Assembly (NCBI GenBank): GCA_965248695.1
Contig: CBDFKD010000002.1
Location: 1,792,001 to 1,856,000, forward strand
Direction of reading: 5' to 3'
Length of the DNA stretch: 64,000 nt
Source: Acidobacteriota bacterium
GTDB taxonomy: Bacteria > Acidobacteriota > UBA890 > WLXD01
Position 1 is the stretch's first letter. Every line of letters begins with the position of its first letter. A program made the position numbers and the translations under genes. Below, piece after piece: positions 8,672 to 18,807 of this stretch. The notes beneath the pieces were generated by a model. The model was given only the letters and a program-made list of their open reading frames with translations, ran no database searches and was not told where the DNA came from.

Positions 8672-10711
8672 CTACTGCGGTTCGCCACCGCGGTCGTCAG
8701 CCTCGAGATGAAACGGTGTCTGAACGACTCGCTCGACGCCGCTGACCAGATCCTTGACCGTGACCTCGATGCGGTAGTCACCGCCTGGTTCCAGGCGGTT
8801 GATCTGAGCGAGCGGAATCTGCTGGCCGAGAATATGGAAGTCGAGCACCTGCGGCGGGATTGTCGCCAGCGACCGGGAGCCCTCGAGCCCGGCGAGCAGC
8901 CGATATTGAACCTCGAGTCTCGGCTTGCCAAGGGCGCCGGGATCCGAGCTCCAGCCAGTTGCGAGCAGGATCACATCGACGATGTCGTCGCGCCGAAAGG
9001 TACGACTCAGGTCGTCATTCACCACCATGCGGCCAAGCCGCATCCCTTCATAGATCGTGCGGGGATCAATCGCCGTCTCGTCGGTGAGGTGCGGCGGCCG
9101 CGCCATCAGGGGGCGCGTCAGCGTCAGCTCATCGACAGCGAAGTCGGGCACTTCGAAGGTCTCGTCGCGGGTCACGGCATTGCCGGTGGTCTCGTCGAGA
9201 ACCCCCCAAGCCAGACGGTACTCACCTGGATAGAGACTCACCCCGAACGACAAAGTGGGGCTCTCCACTTCGTCGCCGTCGGACTCGAGCAGACGGTGCG
9301 GAACGATGAAACGGTGAACAGTGTCCTCGCTGCCGGGCTCACCCTGTAGCACCGCGCCGAACATCTTCAGGTGAGCCCGCGGCTCTCTCGGCCCCTCGAC
9401 ATCATCTTCGTCGACCCTGTCGAGGCCATCGTCGTCGGTATCGTCCAGGCCGACGTCGTCGAGGCTCGCGTCCTCTTCGTTGTCCTCATCGGCGTCACCT
9501 GGGTCTAGGGTGTCATCGGCGGCGGCAATCTCGTCGGCCTCTCCCTCCACCTCGACGTCCCTGCCGGTGTCCGATTCGTCAGTCTCGGCCTCGTCGACAA
9601 ACCCGTCGGCAGCGACCTCGGTCGCCTCGGCGTCTTGGGGATCCTCTTCCTGCTGGACCTCACCGTCGTCCTCGCCATCGCTGCCCTCGTCGTCTTCGTC
9701 GACCCCCGGAACGACGAACTCCAGCGCTTCCTTGCCGACCTTGAAGGACAGCACGGTGTAGGTGGCGTCAGTGGCCGGGAAGTAGTCGAAGCGCTGCCGC
9801 AACTCCAGATCATCGCGACCGGTACCGCCGAAAACCAGCTGCATCCACACCTGAACCTCGGGCGCCACACGGACCGGAGTCGGTCCTTCGTCAGCGCCTT
9901 CGGCCTCCGTGTCATCCTCAACATCCGGGTCAGTCCCTTCCTCCGGCTCATCGTCCGTCTCACCGACGAGCTCGGACGCGTTTTCGTCGTCCGCTTCGGG
10001 CTCCTCCTCGGGCGTCTCTTCGGACTCCTCTTCCGGCTCTTCTTTGGGCTTCGCGATGGCGTCGTCACGACCGCCGACAGCGCGAGCCAGTTGCATGCGT
10101 AGCTCTGACTCGAGGCTGGCCAGGAATGTCTGATTGTCGAGATCGATCTCGATCTCCGGAAACAACCGGTAGCCCCCCTCGAATCGCTCGAACAGAGCGT
10201 CGTCGTTGAGCGGCTCGCGCCGGTACGACCACACCAGCTCCGGATCACCTTCAGCGAGCAGGGCACGCATCTCCTGCGTATCCGGCAGTCCGAGCACCAT
10301 CATCACTCGACCGCGGTCCGTCTGATAACCCGGAACGTCACCCTCGGCGAACAAGCGAGAGGCGCGCTCGGCACGGCGCTCGAACACTCGGCGCACCTCG
10401 TTAACCTCTGTACCCGGCGTCGGGTCGCGCACCTGCCAGAACGTGTCGACGAACAGTTGCCGCTCGGCTTCGGTGCGCAACCGTGCCCAGGCGAGCGACT
10501 CGGACTCCGACATGAGCACCCCGATGAGCTCGTCATATGTCGCCAGCGGCGCGATAGGCTCCGGGGCAGCGACCTGCTGGGTGCCATCCTGCTGGGCGGC
10601 GGCCTCCTGAGCGGCGGCCTCGTGAGCGGTGGCCACCTGAGCAAGCGACGCCGCTGACACGACGACAATCCACAGATACAGCGCGATTCTGAGATGCTGC
10701 GGCCTGCTCAT
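8672..10711 (-). CDS. GWxTD-domain protein with two acidic low-complexity inserts
   Basis: FWQVRDPTPGTEVNE...GYQTDRGRVMMVLGLPD; signal-peptide-like N-terminus from ATG 10711. Confidence 0.82.
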   Translation of the reverse strand: MSRPQHLRIALYLWIVVVSAASLAQVATAHEAAAQEAAAQQDGTQQVAAPEPIAPLATYDELIGVLMSESESLAWARLRTEAERQLFVDTFWQVRDPTPGTEVNEVRRVFERRAERASRLFAEGDVPGYQTDRGRVMMVLGLPDTQEMRALLAEGDPELVWSYRREPLNDDALFERFEGGYRLFPEIEIDLDNQTFLASLESELRMQLARAVGGRDDAIAKPKEEPEEESEETPEEEPEADDENASELVGETDDEPEEGTDPDVEDDTEAEGADEGPTPVRVAPEVQVWMQLVFGGTGRDDLELRQRFDYFPATDATYTVLSFKVGKEALEFVVPGVDEDDEGSDGEDDGEVQQEEDPQDAEATEVAADGFVDEAETDESDTGRDVEVEGEADEIAAADDTLDPGDADEDNEEDASLDDVGLDDTDDDGLDRVDEDDVEGPREPRAHLKMFGAVLQGEPGSEDTVHRFIVPHRLLESDGDEVESPTLSFGVSLYPGEYRLAWGVLDETTGNAVTRDETFEVPDFAVDELTLTRPLMARPPHLTDETAIDPRTIYEGMRLGRMVVNDDLSRTFRRDDIVDVILLATGWSSDPGALGKPRLEVQYRLLAGLEGSRSLATIPPQVLDFHILGQQIPLAQINRLEPGGDYRIEVTVKDLVSGVERVVQTPFHLEADDRGGEPQ

Positions 10712-10788
10712 CGGCTCGGAGGGCCTCGGGAGCGCGATAAAATCACACCGAGCCGCGCCCTTCGCGCGGCAGATCCTGAGTATAGTCC

Positions 10789-12621
10789 ATGCCCCTTGAC
10801 CCATTGGCGATAGCCCGCAGCGCGCTCGCGCGCGGCACGAACGGCATGCTCGCCGCCCTCCTGGGCTCGAGCCTGCTACAGACAGTGCCTGCTGCATCAC
10901 ATGTCAGCCGGTTGAGGTTCACCGATATCACCGCGGATGCCGGCATCGACTTCGTGCACGAACGGGGCGCCGAGGGGCTCAAGCACCTGCCAGAGACGAT
11001 GGGCCCTGGCGCCGCCTGGATCGACTTCGACGGTGATGGCGACTACGACCTCTACCTGGTCCAGAGCGGCGATCTTCGTCGTGGCCTTAGCGGCGGCCAG
11101 GATGCCGGCAACGTGCTGTACAGGAACCGTGGAAACGGCACGTTCGACGTCGTGGCGTCGGGGCTCGAGCACCAAGGCTATGGAATGGGTGTCAGCGCAG
11201 CCGACTTCGACGGCGACGGCTGGGTCGATGTATTCGCGACGAATCTAGGTCCCGACGCGCTCTTTCGCAACAACGGCGACGGCACCTACAGCGAGGCGCA
11301 AACCGGCGTGGCGAACGACGGACGGTGGTCGGCGAGCTCGGCATGGGGTGATCTCGACGCCGACGGCCTACCGGATCTGTTCGTCGCCAAGTACGTCGTC
11401 TACGACCTCGACGATGCGCCGTCGTGTGGTGAGCAGCAGCTCGCCATGCGCTCGTACTGTCACATTGACCTCTACGACGGCGAGCCGGATGCGTTGTACC
11501 GCAACATGGGCAACGGGCGCTTCATCGATATCGCCGCGCAAGCCGGCATCGTCGGTGCCGTTCCGGGTAAGGGACTCGGCGTTGTCATGGGCGACGTTGA
11601 CGAAAACGGCACGACCGACATCGTCGTCGCTAACGATACGCAGCAGAACTTCCTCTACTCGAATCGGGGGAACTGGACGTTTGAAGAGCTCGGGTTGTTC
11701 TCCGGGCTAGGATACGGCGGGGACGGCAAGGCGCAGGCTGGCATGGGCGTGGAGATGGCTGACATCGACGGCGACGGTGGTGCGGACTTCCTGGTGACCA
11801 ACTTCGCATTCGAAGCCAACAACCTCTATCGATCCGTAGCGCCGGGCATCTACCTTGACGATGCGTCGGCGCTCGGATTCGCGGACCCGGGCGTCGCCAA
11901 CCTCTCCTTCGGAATCGTCGCCTTCGACGCCGACGGCGACGGTGACCGCGAGGTTGCCGTTGCCAACGGACACATCCTCGACAACGTCAGCCAGGTGCAG
12001 GACAACACGACGTACGCGCAGCCCAATCACCTCTACGAGAATCGGTTGACCGATCTACGGCGCCAGGCTCTGCGCACCGGCGCCCTGTCCGCCGAACCGG
12101 GATCCGCAGACTGGAGACCCGCCGCAGGCCTGTTGCGACAGGTGGCCGACAGCACGGGGGACGCGTTCGTTGTCGAGCATGTGAGCCGCGGCATCGCCAG
12201 CGGCGATGCCGATGGTGACGCGCGCCCGGACCTGGTGATCACGAACTCGGGAGGGCCGGCTCGGCTGCTGCACAACGACAGCGCTCCCGAGGCCCACCGA
12301 CTGGTCCTCCGTCTACGCGGGCGCCGATCCAACCGAGGAGCGCTCGGCGCCCGCGTCACTGTGCGGCCGGTAGGCGGCGACGCGACAGTTGACGGCGCCG
12401 CCGGGTTCGATCAGGTCGCCGAGGTCCGATCCTCCTCGTCGTATTGCTCCCAGAACGCCGGCGACCTCTACTTCGGGCTCGCCGGGAGCGCCGCGGCGAA
12501 CGTCGAAATAGTCTGGCCGGACGGCGTCACACAGCACTTCGCGGCGCTGCCCGCCGACCATATGGTCCTTGTTTTCGAGGGCTCCGACACACCGGTCGCT
12601 CGCGCCGTGGCTCAGCCATGA
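10789..12621 (+). CDS. CRTAC1-like protein (FG-GAP/VCBS repeats plus ASPIC/UnbV domain)
   Basis: RFTDITADAGIDFVH, repeated DxDGDGxxDL motifs, C-terminal NRGALGARV...SSYCSQ..LYFGL..IVWPDG. Confidence 0.88.
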   Translation: MPLDPLAIARSALARGTNGMLAALLGSSLLQTVPAASHVSRLRFTDITADAGIDFVHERGAEGLKHLPETMGPGAAWIDFDGDGDYDLYLVQSGDLRRGLSGGQDAGNVLYRNRGNGTFDVVASGLEHQGYGMGVSAADFDGDGWVDVFATNLGPDALFRNNGDGTYSEAQTGVANDGRWSASSAWGDLDADGLPDLFVAKYVVYDLDDAPSCGEQQLAMRSYCHIDLYDGEPDALYRNMGNGRFIDIAAQAGIVGAVPGKGLGVVMGDVDENGTTDIVVANDTQQNFLYSNRGNWTFEELGLFSGLGYGGDGKAQAGMGVEMADIDGDGGADFLVTNFAFEANNLYRSVAPGIYLDDASALGFADPGVANLSFGIVAFDADGDGDREVAVANGHILDNVSQVQDNTTYAQPNHLYENRLTDLRRQALRTGALSAEPGSADWRPAAGLLRQVADSTGDAFVVEHVSRGIASGDADGDARPDLVITNSGGPARLLHNDSAPEAHRLVLRLRGRRSNRGALGARVTVRPVGGDATVDGAAGFDQVAEVRSSSSYCSQNAGDLYFGLAGSAAANVEIVWPDGVTQHFAALPADHMVLVFEGSDTPVARAVAQP

Positions 12622-14327
12622 GACCGTGGCCGGCCGCCCTCGTGACGCTGATCGGGGTGGCGTCGCCCCTCGGCGGATACGGAACCCAGACACCGTTGTC
12701 CGTGACCTTCACCGACGCAACCGCCGAGGTCGGGGTGCACTTCCGCCACCACAATGGCAGCTCAGGCGAGCGCTACATGATCGAAACCTTGGGCTCGGGG
12801 CTGGCAGCCGCTGATCTCGACGCCGACGGTTGGCTTGACGCGTACTTCGCCCAGGGCGCGTCGGCGCCGGGTGGAGACGTGCCACCGGAGGGCGGGAACG
12901 TCCTGCTACGCGGCCACCCATCGGGCCATTTCGCGGCTACGCCCGCCTCGACCGGTGTCGAGAGCAAGGCCTGGTCAATGGGAGTGGCAGCCGCCGACTA
13001 CGACGCCGATGGACACCCGGACCTTTACGTGACGAACTTCGGGCGCAATCAGCTGTTCCGCAACAACGGCGACGGCAGCTTCAGCGAAATCGCCTCCAGC
13101 GTCGGGGTCGATGACCCGGGTTGGGGGGCCTCGGCGGCGTGGGGCGATATCGACAACGATGGATGGCTCGATCTGTACGTCGCCAACTACGTCGACTTCG
13201 CGTGGGACAACCACAAGTTCTGCGGCAACCCGCGGCGCAACCTACGCGCCTACTGCCACCCCGACGTCTACAACGCGGTCGCTGACCGCCTGTACCGCAA
13301 CCTGGGCAACGCTAGCTTCATCGAAGTCGGTGCCGGCGCCGGAATCGCCGACACAGTGGACGGCAAGGGCCTGGGCGTTGTCTTCGGCGATCACGATGAC
13401 GATGGCGACGTCGACCTGTACGTGGCCAACGACTCGACGCGAAACTTCCTCTACACCAACGACGGTAGCGGCGTGTTTGCCGAAGACGGGCTGCTCGCCG
13501 GAGTGGCGTTCAGCGCTGATGGACAAGCAGAAGCCGGAATGGGTACCGATTGGGGAGACTTCGATGGCGACCAGCGCCTGGATGTAGTGGTAACGAATCT
13601 CGATTTGGAAACCAACTCCCTGTATCGCAACCTCGGCGACGGCGTCTTCACCGACGTCACCTTCGCTCGGGGTCTGGGCGAGCCCAGCCTGAGGTACGTG
13701 GGCTTCGGCACCAACTGGGACGACTTCGACAACGATGCCGATCTCGATCTGTTCGTCGCCAACGGGCACATCATCGACAACATCGCCGAGTTCCGCGACA
13801 GCATCACCCATGCGCAGCCCAACCATCTGTACATCAACAACGGGGATGGAGAGTTCACCGAGCGTAGCCGCAGCGCTGGCGACGGTCTGGAGATCGTCAA
13901 GGTGTCGCGCGGCTCGGCCACGGGTGACTTCGACAACGATGGCGATCTGGATGTGATCGTCACCAACAACGACCAGGCGGCGGACTATCTACGCAATGAC
14001 GGTGGCCACGAGGCCGGCAACTGGATTCAGCTACGCCTGGTGGGCAGGCAGGCCAACCGCACTGGCGCCGGAGCACGGGTGGTCATTTCCGAGAGCACGC
14101 AGCGGCCACTGCTCCGCGAGCTACGCATCGGATCTTCTTATTGCAGCTCCGGACCGGCAACGATGCACATCGGGCTCGGGGCGGCCACCACGGTGACCCT
14201 CTCGGTACGCTGGCCCGGAGGCACGACCGAAGTTGTCGCCGACGTCGACGCCGGACGCTTCTACGTGATCCAGGAGGGTCGCGGAATCATCGCCGCGCGC
14301 CCGCCGGCGCCCGGAAGCGGAGCCTGA
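12618..14327 (+). CDS. CRTAC1-like protein (FG-GAP/VCBS repeats plus ASPIC/UnbV domain)
   Basis: ATGA overlap with the upstream paralog; DFDNDGDLD repeats; NRTGAGARV..GSSYCSS..HIGLG..VRWPGG. Confidence 0.88.
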   Translation: MRPWPAALVTLIGVASPLGGYGTQTPLSVTFTDATAEVGVHFRHHNGSSGERYMIETLGSGLAAADLDADGWLDAYFAQGASAPGGDVPPEGGNVLLRGHPSGHFAATPASTGVESKAWSMGVAAADYDADGHPDLYVTNFGRNQLFRNNGDGSFSEIASSVGVDDPGWGASAAWGDIDNDGWLDLYVANYVDFAWDNHKFCGNPRRNLRAYCHPDVYNAVADRLYRNLGNASFIEVGAGAGIADTVDGKGLGVVFGDHDDDGDVDLYVANDSTRNFLYTNDGSGVFAEDGLLAGVAFSADGQAEAGMGTDWGDFDGDQRLDVVVTNLDLETNSLYRNLGDGVFTDVTFARGLGEPSLRYVGFGTNWDDFDNDADLDLFVANGHIIDNIAEFRDSITHAQPNHLYINNGDGEFTERSRSAGDGLEIVKVSRGSATGDFDNDGDLDVIVTNNDQAADYLRNDGGHEAGNWIQLRLVGRQANRTGAGARVVISESTQRPLLRELRIGSSYCSSGPATMHIGLGAATTVTLSVRWPGGTTEVVADVDAGRFYVIQEGRGIIAARPPAPGSGA

Positions 14328-14334
14328 AGGCCAG

Positions 14335-16506
14335 CTAGCGATTCTCGCCCGAAGTGACCACCTCGAGGAGGCGCTGCATTTGCGGTTGGTCTGGGTCGAT
14401 CTCGAGCGAGCGTGTCAGCAGCTCACGGGTGCGGTCGACGCGACCATCAGCGTAGTACTCGGAGGCCAGGGCGTTGAGCAGCTCCGGAGTCTCCTCTGCC
14501 CCGGAGATCCGCGCGCGCTCGTAGAAACGGATCGCGTCGTAGTGCTCCGCAAGCTGGGCGTTGACGTCCCCGAGCAACATCAGCAGCTCGCTGTTGTTGG
14601 GGTCGCTCGCCACCCGCGGAGTGAGCAAGGCGTTGAGCTCAGTGTATCGACCGGAGTCCCGGAGGAGCTCGATCTGCAGCTCCACCGCCGTTTCCAGGTC
14701 AGGCTCTCGCCGGAGGGCGTACGCCAGCTCCGATATCGCCTCATCGGTGCGGCCCACCGCACGGAGTTGCCGTGCTCTCGCAACACGCACGAGGGGGCTG
14801 GTAGCGGGCGGGCTGGGTAGGGAGTGGATATGAGGCCGCTTGTACGAATCGGCATTGACGACTCGAAGCGGTAGCGTCGAGCGCTCTTCGATGCCTTCAA
14901 CCTCGGTAACGACCGAGTAGGTCCCTACGGGTAGCTGCCGCAGACTGATCTCCGCGAAGTAGTTCAATACACCGTAGTCATCACGCTCGGATGGATTGAC
15001 TCGATCCACCTTCTCGACCAGCGTGCCACCGGCGGCTCCGAGGATTTCCGTGCGTACCACTACCGATGCGACTCGGTTCGGCGGCACGAACAGCTGACGG
15101 AAGACGGTCACTGTGCCGTCGACCGGAAAGTCGTTTTCGATCGCAGGAATGAGGCTGTAAGCGCCGACCTGGAACGCATACTGGGCGCTGAATGCATTGT
15201 AGGTATCAGGCGCTTGTGTCACCTGACGTACGAGTAATGGCTCACCGACGGTGAGCTGACCCCTGGGAACTTTGGGGTACTTGAGCCGGATCTCGGCGCG
15301 CCCGAACTCGCGGGTGAGGTTGTTCTCGACCATCACCCCGAGAGTGTGCTCGCCGCTGATGACCGGCAGCCGCTCCATGTATGCGACCGGCCCGTCGCGC
15401 AAACGGCGGGCAGTGTCGACGTCGATGTCGGCCTGCAAGGCGCGCGGCTCACGCTCGTGCACCAACCGCGATTGTTCGTCGCGGATGGTGCTACCTATCT
15501 CGAACGTGAAGTAGTAATTGTCTTCGTAGTTGTTGAGGTTGAGGCGGTCGCCCTGGGTGCGGAAGGCGTGGTGAACGAAGGGCAACCCCGAAGGGTCAAT
15601 GAGAACAACCGCAATGGCTCGTAGCGGCAGGGTCTCGAAGCGCACGTCGGATTCGGTGGTGCCGGTGAGCACGTTGTATGCCCACGTCGCCCTCGGCATT
15701 ATCTTGTCGGGGATCTCGAACACTTGCTGTAGCAACATCTCGGATCGCAACGGCGAAACTATTCCGCCGAGACTCTCCCCCGGCACCAGGCTGCGGGCGG
15801 CGCTGGCCAGTTCCGGATGGACGTCCCGCAACATTCGCAGCGCCAGGCTGTCCTCGGTCGATGCGATCCCGCCCTGGCCGCGGAAGCGGTCCGTAGAGCC
15901 GGAAAGGACCTGCGACTGAACCGCCGGGTTGAGCAGCTTGACGACGCCGTCCAGAGCCGGGCTCCACAATCGATAGGCGCCGAAGCCGCGTTCCTTGAAG
16001 AAGAGCAAATAGAAGAACGGCGTCGGTATGAGCCCTGGGTCGATGCTGTAGAACCAAACCTCGACCGGTACCGAGGCGTCCGTGTTGGGCAGCTGCGTGC
16101 GCCCCTGCGGCTTGCCCAACAGCATCCACATGCGACCCTGATCGGTCCGCCATCCCGGCCCCGGCGTATCCCGGCCGATATGCCTGTCAACGTACGCCAG
16201 GCGCTCGTAGTGCAGGTCGAAGTACTCGTTTCTTTTCGTGCCCGGGCTGGGATCCCGATTGGCCCAGAACTCGTCGATGAACCGGTCCCGGTGAGCCTCA
16301 CTATCGAGCCGCAGGAAGACCTCGCGCTCGTCCTTGGTGATGATCCAGACGACTTCCTCCTGCACCCACTTCCGATGCCCCTCACCGATGTCGTCAAGGT
16401 CGAATTTGGGGAACTCGCCGAGATCGACGCGTTGGGCGAGCACCGGCGGCGGGGTCGCCAGGACGGCTGCGAGCAGGAGTATGGGTACCGCGATGCAACG
16501 AGTCAT
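14335..16506 (-). CDS. GWxTD-domain protein with C-terminal TPRs
   Basis: KWVQEEVVWIITKDEREVF, FWANRDPSPGT, PGWRTDQGRMWMLLGKP; signal peptide ending VLA-Q. Confidence 0.9.
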   Translation of the reverse strand: MTRCIAVPILLLAAVLATPPPVLAQRVDLGEFPKFDLDDIGEGHRKWVQEEVVWIITKDEREVFLRLDSEAHRDRFIDEFWANRDPSPGTKRNEYFDLHYERLAYVDRHIGRDTPGPGWRTDQGRMWMLLGKPQGRTQLPNTDASVPVEVWFYSIDPGLIPTPFFYLLFFKERGFGAYRLWSPALDGVVKLLNPAVQSQVLSGSTDRFRGQGGIASTEDSLALRMLRDVHPELASAARSLVPGESLGGIVSPLRSEMLLQQVFEIPDKIMPRATWAYNVLTGTTESDVRFETLPLRAIAVVLIDPSGLPFVHHAFRTQGDRLNLNNYEDNYYFTFEIGSTIRDEQSRLVHEREPRALQADIDVDTARRLRDGPVAYMERLPVISGEHTLGVMVENNLTREFGRAEIRLKYPKVPRGQLTVGEPLLVRQVTQAPDTYNAFSAQYAFQVGAYSLIPAIENDFPVDGTVTVFRQLFVPPNRVASVVVRTEILGAAGGTLVEKVDRVNPSERDDYGVLNYFAEISLRQLPVGTYSVVTEVEGIEERSTLPLRVVNADSYKRPHIHSLPSPPATSPLVRVARARQLRAVGRTDEAISELAYALRREPDLETAVELQIELLRDSGRYTELNALLTPRVASDPNNSELLMLLGDVNAQLAEHYDAIRFYERARISGAEETPELLNALASEYYADGRVDRTRELLTRSLEIDPDQPQMQRLLEVVTSGENR

Positions 16507-16666
16507 CAGAGGCCAGGCAGTTTGGGGTCAGGCACTACGAGGGTCAAGCGAATGAGAATTATACGCCCCAACACCGGGCTGGCGCCGGACAGAGCGCCAA
16601 TCGTGTGCGGGTCGAGCCCGGTCCCCCCTCGGTTGGGTGTGTGTTTGGACTGCTACGATGGCGCCG

Positions 16667-17167
16667 ATGAGCAACGATGAACTCACCCATTTGGACGATC
16701 AAGGTCGCGCTCAGATGGTCGACGTCGGCGGCAAGCCGACCACCGAGCGACGGGCCGCGGCGTCGGGTCGCCTGCTCATGTCGGCAGGCACGCTGGATCG
16801 AGTGCTCGCCGGAGAGATCCCAAAGGGGAACGTCGTCGAAGTAGCCCGCATCGCAGGAATCCAGGCGGCCAAGCGCACCGCCGAGCTGATTCCGCTTTGC
16901 CACCCGCTCCCGCTGTCCTACGTTGGGGTGGAAGTGGAGGCCAAAGCGGACGGGCTGCTCGTTACCGCCACGGCGGCCACCACCGCGCCCACCGGCGTGG
17001 AGATGGAGGCGCTGACCGCGGCCGCCGTTGCGCTCCTCACGCTGTACGACATGTGCAAAGCGATCGAGAAAGGCATGCGCGTCGTCGATCTTCGCCTGGA
17101 ACACAAGAGCGGTGGACGCAGCGGCACGTGGACGCGGCCGTCAGCAGGGAAAAGCGCTTCGCAGTAG
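16667..17167 (+). CDS. moaC: Cyclic pyranopterin monophosphate synthase MoaC
   Basis: LTHLD..GRAQMVDV, ELIPLCHPL, TGVEMEALT, YDMCKA, KSGGRSG. Confidence 0.96.
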   Translation: MSNDELTHLDDQGRAQMVDVGGKPTTERRAAASGRLLMSAGTLDRVLAGEIPKGNVVEVARIAGIQAAKRTAELIPLCHPLPLSYVGVEVEAKADGLLVTATAATTAPTGVEMEALTAAAVALLTLYDMCKAIEKGMRVVDLRLEHKSGGRSGTWTRPSAGKSASQ

Positions 17168-17182
17168 CGGAAAAGAATTACC
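17148..17182. promoter_or_regulatory. Tandem palindromic candidate enhancer sites (GGAAA-N4-TTTCC-like)
   Basis: GGAAAAGCGCTTCG at 17148-17161 and GGAAAAGAATTACC at 17169-17182, 21 bp apart, about 100-130 bp upstream of a sigma-54 promoter. Confidence 0.6.
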
Positions 17183-17276
17183 CACTGAGCCCGGGCAGAG
17201 TCTGAACGGAGGCGGCCAGCTGCGGACATCGACGGGCCTGCCCGAGCCTCCTGGGTGCCGGGCCTCGGTCCCCGGT

Positions 17277-17292
17277 TGGCACACACATTGCT
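17277..17292 (+). promoter_or_regulatory. Sigma-54 (-24/-12) promoter of the EPS plus-strand arm
   Basis: TGGCAC-ACACA-TTGCT, about 50 bp upstream of ATG 17344. Confidence 0.8.
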
Positions 17293-17343
17293 CCAACTCG
17301 GGGTAGCTCTGCATCTGTTGCTCGCAGCAGCCAGCCCCGAGGC

Positions 17344-18807
17344 ATGATGGTCCAGCTCTTCCAGCGCTACGTCCCCTACAGCAGCGTCGTCCATTTCCTG
17401 GTCCAGAGCCTGCTGTGCCTGACGGCGTTCACGTTCGTGATCCAGGTCGCCTGGTACACGCAATTCTACCCGACGCTGCCGTCGCTCACGGGCCTTCGCC
17501 TCGGACGCACCTTCACGACCGTGGCCACCCTCGTGGTCGTCTTCTACTTGACCGGGTACTTCGAGCGACGGAACCATCTGAGCACCGCAACCTTTGTTCC
17601 GCGCCTTGTCCAAGCGGTGCCACTGTCGGCCGCCACGCTGGCCTTGCTCTACACGTTCGTTCCTTCGGTTGCGCTGGGCTGGGAAGTCGCGGGAGCGGGG
17701 CTCGGCCTGATGGCCCTGATGATGGTCGCGTGGCACAACGTGGCCCCGAGCATCGTCAGCGAGGACAGTGCGCTCGCCCACCAGTTGGCGGATCGGATTG
17801 GCAAAGCGGCACCGTGGGGATTCCGTCTCATCGGCTATATACCGGTGGAGGATTCCGCCCCATCCGACACGCCACGGGCCGCCGTGGCAGCGCACGAATC
17901 GAGCAACGGCGCTGAGCCGGCGGCATCGGCTACCGACTCACGCGTGTTGCCGTTTCCGGTTCCGCTACGAATTGACGCGCCATCGCTGGGCCGACTCCAG
18001 GATCTCGACGAGATTCTCGAGCAGCGCGATGTCCATACCGTGGTCGTGGCACTGAACGACCGCCGTGGCAAGCTGCCGCTGGCGGCGCTGATCCACGCCA
18101 AGCTGCGCGGCGTCGCCGTGTTCGATGCCATCAAGTTCTACGAGCGGCTCACTGGGCGACTGCTGGTGTCGCGGATGCGACCCAGCACGATCATTTTCTC
18201 CGACGGCTTCGCCCCCAGCCGCCCCACCAGGGTGGCGAAACGCTGCCTGGACGTGACCGTGGCATTGGTTCTGCTGGCGATCAGCGCGCCGATCCAGCTG
18301 TTGGTAGCGCTTGCCGTGGCGCTGACCTCGCGCGGTCCGGTGCTGTTCCGACAGGAACGCACGGGCATCGCAGGGTTACCGTTCACGATCCTCAAGTTCA
18401 GGACAATGCACGTCGACGCCGAGCGCGACGGCGCCCGCTGGGCGAGCGAGAACGACGACCGCATCACCTCGATCGGAAGCTTCTTGCGCACCTCTCGACT
18501 CGATGAGCTGCCGCAGCTCTGGAACATCGTGATCGGCCAGATGAGCTTCGTGGGTCCGCGCCCGGAGCAGCCGGCGATCGTCAGGATGCTGCGGGATCGG
18601 ATCCCCTACTACGATCAGCGACACGTGATTCGACCCGGCCTGACGGGATGGGCGCAGGTCAAGTATTCGTACGGTGCCACCGTCGAAGAGACCGAGGAGA
18701 AGCTCGAGTTCGACCTCTACTACATCAAGCACAGCTCGACCGCCTTCGACATCTCGATCATGTTCGAGACCGTGCGCGTGATGCTGACCGGTAAGGGCGC
18801 ACGATGA
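17344..18807 (+). CDS. Priming undecaprenyl-phosphate glycosyl-phosphotransferase (WcaJ/TIGR03013-like)
   Basis: N-terminal TM helices; KRCLD, FRQERTG, KFRTM, RLDELPQLWN, MSFVGPRPE, RPGLTGWAQV, KLEFDLYYIK. Confidence 0.92.
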   Translation: MMVQLFQRYVPYSSVVHFLVQSLLCLTAFTFVIQVAWYTQFYPTLPSLTGLRLGRTFTTVATLVVVFYLTGYFERRNHLSTATFVPRLVQAVPLSAATLALLYTFVPSVALGWEVAGAGLGLMALMMVAWHNVAPSIVSEDSALAHQLADRIGKAAPWGFRLIGYIPVEDSAPSDTPRAAVAAHESSNGAEPAASATDSRVLPFPVPLRIDAPSLGRLQDLDEILEQRDVHTVVVALNDRRGKLPLAALIHAKLRGVAVFDAIKFYERLTGRLLVSRMRPSTIIFSDGFAPSRPTRVAKRCLDVTVALVLLAISAPIQLLVALAVALTSRGPVLFRQERTGIAGLPFTILKFRTMHVDAERDGARWASENDDRITSIGSFLRTSRLDELPQLWNIVIGQMSFVGPRPEQPAIVRMLRDRIPYYDQRHVIRPGLTGWAQVKYSYGATVEETEEKLEFDLYYIKHSSTAFDISIMFETVRVMLTGKGAR

